Assembly: GCF_006345805.1 (NCBI RefSeq)
Contig: NC_042998.1
Coordinates: 196,974,001-197,038,000, forward strand
Origin: Octopus sinensis
Taxonomy: Eukaryota
Length of the DNA: 64,000 nt
Reading direction: 5' to 3'
Part shown: positions 58,380 to 64,000 of the stretch, piece by piece
How the letters are laid out: each line of letters opens with the position of its first letter
Numbering within the stretch: position 1 is the stretch's first letter
Notes under the pieces: generated by a model
What the model was told of the DNA's origin: nothing
The model's input: the letters and a program-made list of their open reading frames with translations, nothing else
The model's database searches: none
Translations under genes and position numbers: made by a program

Positions 58380-59215
58380 TTTTGCCGACATGGGTGGGTC
58401 TTCTCAAGAACTTCATATTGCCAGACATCTCAGTCCATCGTCATTCCCTCCGTGTGATCCAACATCCTGAAGTCAGTCCTCACCACTTCATCTCACGTCT
58501 TCCTGGGTCTTCCTCTTCTGCGGGTACCATCCACTTTCAGCAACTGGCACATCTTTATGCAGCTGTCCACATTCATATGCAGGACATGTCCCTACCAACT
58601 TCTCCCTTGCACACTACATTTATTTGATTTCTCTTATGCCCAACTTTTCTCTCAATACATTTGCCCTTTGCTATACATTTGCACTGATGTTCCACATCCA
58701 ACAGAGCATACTACCTTCATTTCCCTCCAGTCTATGCATGTCTTCTGCATTCAGAGCCCATGTCTTACTACCATGGAGTATAGCCATTTGCACACAAGCA
58801 TCATATAGTCTACCTTTCACTCTGAGAGAGAATCCTTTTGTTGCCAACAGAGGTAAAGTCTCTCTGAACTCCCTCTGCCCTATTCTTATTCTAGAAACAG
58901 TACTTTCAGAGCATCCTCCACCATTGCTAATTTGGTCACTTAGGTAACAGAAACTATCTACAACCTCAAGAGAGCCTCCTGGGTATTTGAGAGAGACAAA
59001 GTCCTGTGTGCTCTTAGTACTTATTATTCCTGCACATCTGCCTAATACAAAGACGACTTTACCTGTTATTTTCTACCTGTAATTCCACTGGACCTCTTAT
59101 GTGTCCATAGTTTACACTGCGTGCAGAGAATGGAATTTCTTCCAACTCCTTTCCTACATGTGGAGCAGGCCCATTTACTTGATGGAAAGAGAGTTTTATC
59201 TTCTTTCTTACTAAC
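58380..59215 (-). mobile_element. Older RTE-clade LINE fragment (same superfamily)
   Basis: Reverse complement matches the family's C-terminal region (LEVVDSFCYLSDQ-like, KRKTQE/DVR*SGED-like); many stops. Confidence 0.75.
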
Positions 59216-59230
59216 AACATATAAATATAT

Positions 59231-59975
59231 CAGGCATGTGCCGTCAGTAATTACTCAGGGTAGGCAGTTGGGGGAACACAGGCACACAACTGAGTTGTAG
59301 GCAGATTTACTTCTGCCATTATAGCACGTAAAGAAAACTTTGTTGTAGGAGTGTACGCAGCATGTGTGCTACATCAGTTCTATGCATAGCTTTAATACTG
59401 AGATTGAAAGGCAGAGGTGAATTATGCTTATCTAATCTACAAAAAATTAAATATTTTGTATTTTATGCTTAGTAATCAGAGTGACCTTCATAATTTTATT
59501 GAATTAGGTGCATAATCTCTCTCTATATAAACGGCAGTTTGTCTGTGTGTCTGTCAGGTTGCACCCTCACCCTGACCACGGCTTTCAACCGATTCTGATG
59601 AAACATGACACACACATAGCCCAATGTCATAATTCAAAACTAATGCAGCGAAAATTTTGAAAAGTTCCCCCAGTTCTGAAAAAAATAGATAAATTCGACA
59701 TGGGGTCAAGAATCAGAAACACAAACCACAGACCGTCTAGGGGACGCAACTCGACCCTTTTAACTCTCAAAAAAAATTTACCATCATTTTTTTCCCATTG
59801 TTTTGCTATTTTTTGGCTATAACTCTCTAAAAATGCTTATATAGTTATTTCCCTTCCAAACCCGAGCAACGCCGGGCGATACTGCTAGTTTGTCATAAAA
59901 GGAAAATGTTACTCTTGATCTATTTCATTCAGAGTAGGCAGTACCTGCCTTGCCTACTCAGGCGGCACATCCCTG
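59231..59975. mobile_element. hAT-like MITE hosting the Helitron
   Basis: TIR CAGG(C/G)ATGTGCCG (12/13); 8-bp TSD aaatatat/gaatatat (7/8). A related segment recurs at about 63955-63990. Confidence 0.65.
59516..59888 (+). mobile_element. Non-autonomous Helitron (373 bp)
   Basis: 5' TCTCTCTATATAAA; subterminal hairpin CCCG-agcaacgc-CGGG at 59861-59876; 3' CTAG; inserted between A (59515) and T (59889) with no TSD. Confidence 0.85.
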
Positions 59976-60045
59976 GAATATATATATTTATGCAGCCATG
60001 CATGATACACATTGTATAGGTATGTGCATGGAGATGAGTCATGTT

Positions 60046-61081
60046 CGAGTGGCTGTGTGCTAAGTAGCTTGCTTACCAGCCACATGGTTCCGGGTTCAGT
60101 CCCACTACATGGCACCTTGGGCAAGTGTCTTCTACTATAGCCTCGGGCCGACCAATGCCTTGTGAGTGGATTCGGTAGATGGAAACTGAAAGAAGCCTGT
60201 CGTATATATGTATATATATATATATATGTGTGTGTGTATGTGTGTATATGTTTGTGTGTCTGTGATTGTCCCCCCAATATCGCTTGACAACTGATGCTGG
60301 TGTGTTTACATCCCCATAACTTAGTAGTTCGGCAAAAGACACCGATAGAATAAGTACTGGGGTCGATTTCTTTGACTAAAGGCGGTGCTCCAGCATGGCC
60401 TCAGTCAAATGACTGAAACAAGTAAAAGAGTAAAGCGTAAAGAGAATCATGTAGCTGTTCAGCTGAGGTGAACATGGCCATGTGACATTATCATCATCAT
60501 CGTTTAACGTCCGTTTTCCATGCTAGCATGGGTTGGACGGTTCAACTGGGGTTTAGGAAGCCAGAAGGCTGCGCCAGGCCCAGTCTGATCTGGCAGTGTT
60601 TCTACAGCTGGATGCCCTTCCTAACGCCAACCACAAATAATCATAAATCTAATGGGCCTTTTATCTTGGTAACTTTAGATTCTTTCTTTACTTGTTGCAG
60701 TCATTTGACTGCAGCCATGCTGGAGCACCGCCTTTAGTCGAGCAAATCGATCCCGGGACTTATTCTTTGTAAGCCCAGTACTTATTCTATCGGTCTCTTT
60801 TTGCCGAACCGCTAAGTTAAGGGGACGTAAACACACCAGCATCAGTTGTCAAGCAATGCTAGGGGGACAAACACAGACACACAAACATACACAAACATAC
60901 ATATATATATATACATATATACGACTGGCTTCTTTCAGTTTCCGTCTACCAAATCCACTCACAAGGCATTGGTCGGCCCAGGGCTATAGCAGAAGACACT
61001 TGCCCAAGATGCCATGCAGTGGGACTGAACCTGGAACCATGTGGTTGGTAAACAAACTACTTACCACACAGCCACTCCTGC
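60046..61081. mobile_element. Two SINE B copies in tail-to-tail orientation (60046-60436 on +, 60685-61081 on -)
   Basis: Full motif sets. Older or partial copies also lie at about 1555-1680, 2020-2215, 30183-30272 and 35700-36002. Confidence 0.88.
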
Positions 61082-61477
61082 TTTTTGAAACACTGATTGA
61101 GTGTAGGTTTGGAAGTCTTAGACCACACTTATTTTTCAGCCAATTACTTGACCTCTTTAGGATGATCTAAGTCAGTGTTTTTCTTTCAATGGAGAACAGG
61201 GATGTGAATACTGAAAAAAGTTGGGGGAAGGATGAATTACTAAGTTTAGTAAAATTAAGATGTTTTAAAAATTTTTTTAAAGTGACCAGCGTCATCATGA
61301 AACATGAAGAATGATATAAATGTAAACCCTGTTTTGTCTTGTTAATAAAGAGGGGCCAAAAAATATATAAATGCACACTAACAATCTTTTGGGTAGTTGA
61401 CCTGATATTTGTCAATTGGAGAACTCCAGATCTAAGGGTCTCTTTTTTTGTTACCTACTTAGCTGCCTCCCAGTCCA

Positions 61478-61480
61478 GCT

Positions 61481-61552
<72 letters not shown>

Positions 61553-61700
61553 TTTCTTTCTTTCTTCCTTCTTTCTTTCTTCTTCTTTCTTTCTTCTTTC
61601 TTTTTTTCCTTTCTTTTCTTTCTTCCTTCTTTCTTCCTTTCTTCCTTCCTTCCTTCCTCCTTCCTTCCTTTCTTTTCTTTCTTTCTTTCTGCTTCTTTTT

Positions 61701-61740
<40 letters not shown>

Positions 61741-61790
61741 TCCTCTTTTCACTTTCTTTCTTGTTCTTTCTTTCTTCAGTTCTAACCCCA
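61478..61790. repeat. (TTTC)n/(TTCC)n polypyrimidine tract
   Basis: About 310 bp of almost pure pyrimidine. Confidence 0.97.
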
Positions 61791-62504
61791 CTCTTCCAGT
61801 GACTCATATTTCTACCCCAATGTCATTAAGGTTTGGTAGGGGAGGAACAGGATGTATGTAATGGCCAGCAAAATCCCCCCTCTCTCACTCCTCCTCTCCC
61901 CCCTTTCTCTGCACTCATCCATCCATCCATTCAGCAAGCCAACCAACCAACCAACCAGCCAGTTAGCCAGTGATCTCTGCTCTCCTTCCACTAACTCCTA
62001 CTCCTCTCTATCCTTCCCATATTAATAATACCAAGTCTTTGTTACCAAACAGCTGAGACCATCATCCCATGAACTTTTCCTTGCCTCTGTAATTAACCTA
62101 TTAATGTCATAAAGTTAGTAATGGTCATTCTACAGTTAATTACAATTAATTACATAACAGTTGGTATTTGCTTACTTATAATATGATATTACAAATGGTA
62201 TTTAATAAGTTGAAATAATTACTCAATTATGTTATTATATAATTGCCTTGTTGGTGTTGAGTTAGTAGAATTGTTAGACTGCTGCTCACCACCAGTGAGA
62301 TATTTATATTTCTAGTTCACTTTATGACTGGATAGTCAGCACTTTCAAAGACCTATGAAATTGAAAATCACTTTACTTGAAAAACCGGGAAAGTTGATTG
62401 CAGGAAGAATATCTAGCCCTAAGATTTAAGATTCTACCTCAAAAAAGTCCCATGGAACAATGGATGTTAAAACAAACAAGCACACATACACAAGATATAT
62501 GTCG

Positions 62505-62940
62505 TCATCATCATCATCGTTTAACGTCCGTTTTCCATGCTAGCATGGGTTGGATGATTTTGACTGAGGGCTGGTGAACCAGATGGCTGCACCAGGCTCC
62601 AATCTTGATCTGGCAGAGTTTCTACAGCTGGATGCCTTTCCTAACGCCAACCACTCCGAGAGTGTAATGGATGCTTTTTACATGCCATCAACATGGGGGC
62701 CAGTCAGGCAGTACTGGCAATGACCTCGCCCAAATCTTTTTACACATGCCACCGGCACAGGTGCCAGTAAGGCGACATTGGTAACGATTACACTCGAATG
62801 GTGCATTTTATGTGCCACTGGCACAGAAGCCGGTTAGCTGCTCTGTCAACGATCACACTCGTATGGTGCTCTTTGCACGGATGGTGCTCTTAGCACAGAT
62901 ACCAGTCATCGAATTTGATTTTGATTTTGATTTTGATATT
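62505..62940 (-). mobile_element. Family A 3' UTR copy
   Basis: Full motif set. Further short copies lie at about 1843-2014, 14030-14207, 31265-31382, 44875-45112, 48870-49110 and 60488-60635. Confidence 0.85.
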
Positions 62941-62989
62941 ACCCACACACAGACACACATAGAGAGAGAAAGAGAGAGACAGAGAGCAG

Positions 62990-63930
62990 ATGCAGTATGC
63001 AAGAAGGAAGACTAGGTTGGTTTGGATATGTGATGAGTATGAATGAAGACAGCTGTATAAAGAAGCGTTGATCACTGAGAGTGGATGGCACCTGTGGAAG
63101 AGGGAGACATGGGATGAAGACATGGGATGAAGTGGTGAGGACTGATCTTGGGACGTGATCAGTATAAGATATACCCAGTGTAAGCTATGGTCACATAAGA
63201 GGTGCAGTAATATCAAAGGAATGCTAACGGGGAAGGTAGTTTTTGTATGTGGCAGATGCTCAGGAGCAATAAACTCTGAAAATGTGCAGAGAACAACTTC
63301 CGCCATAATCCAGGGAGAAAAACTAGAAGTAGTTGATAGCTTCCGTTACCTAGGTGACCAAGTCAGTAGTGGGGACGGGTGTGCTGAAAGTGTAGCTGCT
63401 AGAGTAAGAATAGCCTGGGCAAAGTTCAGAGAGCTCTTACCTCTGCTGGTGACAAAGGGCCCCTCGCTCAGAGTAAAAGGCAGACTGTATGATGCATGTG
63501 TACGAACAGCCATGCTACATGGCAGTGAAACATGGGCTGTGACTGCTGAGGACATGTGTAAGCTCACAAGGAATGAAGCCAGTATGCTCCGATGGATGTG
63601 TAATGTCAGTGTGCATACTCGACAGAGTGTAAGTATCTTGAGAGAAAAGTTGGACCTAAGAAGCATCAGATGTGGTGTGCAAGGGAGACGACTGTGCTGG
63701 TATGGTCATGTAGTGAGAATGGATGAAGATAGCTGTGTGAAAAAGTGTCACACCCTTGCGGTTGAGGGAACATGTGGAAGAGATAGACCCAGGAAAACCT
63801 CGGACGAGGTGGTGAAGCATGAACTTCGAACATTGGGCCTCACCGAGGCAATGACTAGTGACCGAGGCCTTTGGAAATATGCTGTGTGGGAGAAGACCTG
63901 GCAGGACAAGTGAGACCATAACCCATGGCC
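62990..63930 (+). mobile_element. RTE-clade LINE fragment, same family (252-codon open frame 63155-63913)
   Basis: QCKLWSHKRC...FVCGRC, LEVVDSFRYLG, LHGSETW, CGRDRP; start of the 3' UTR gtgagaccataacc. Confidence 0.9.
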
Positions 63931-64000
63931 TTTACCAGGATATACCCAACCCGTGTGCTGTGAGTAATTACTCAGGGTAGGCAGTTGGTGATGTTTATGT

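Noticed and set aside
61339-61807. K/E/R-rich and F/L/S-rich ORFs
   Set aside because: Translations of (TTTC)n.

Overview
AT-rich, repeat-dense eukaryotic DNA. The SINE, RTE, R4/Dong and microsatellite landscape suggests an octopus/cephalopod genome (inference, not database-checked). Only one protein-coding gene is well supported: an intact, intronless 508-aa UTP--glucose-1-phosphate uridylyltransferase (UGP2-like, ATG 33224, stop 34750, + strand) in a TE-poor, CpG-rich island. The rest is a nested mosaic of mobile and repetitive DNA. It includes 5'-truncated RTE LINEs (the main family has a PHD-like finger inside the RT and a long modular 3' UTR that supplies the commonest dispersed repeat), CR1/L2-group LINEs and an R4/Dong fragment. 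It also holds several tRNA-derived SINE families, Helitrons, MITEs, a pogo-like transposase remnant, Penelope-like fragments with hammerhead motifs, satellites and long microsatellites. Most notable: a perfect 181-bp inverted repeat (18271-18660) carrying a complete type I hammerhead fold on each strand, head-less SINE multimers sharing one junction at four loci, and a 2.2-kb satellite that flips orientation at a 6-nt loop. Most ORFs in the supplied track are artefacts of repeats. All calls were read by eye; TE boundaries are approximate unless a TSD is given.
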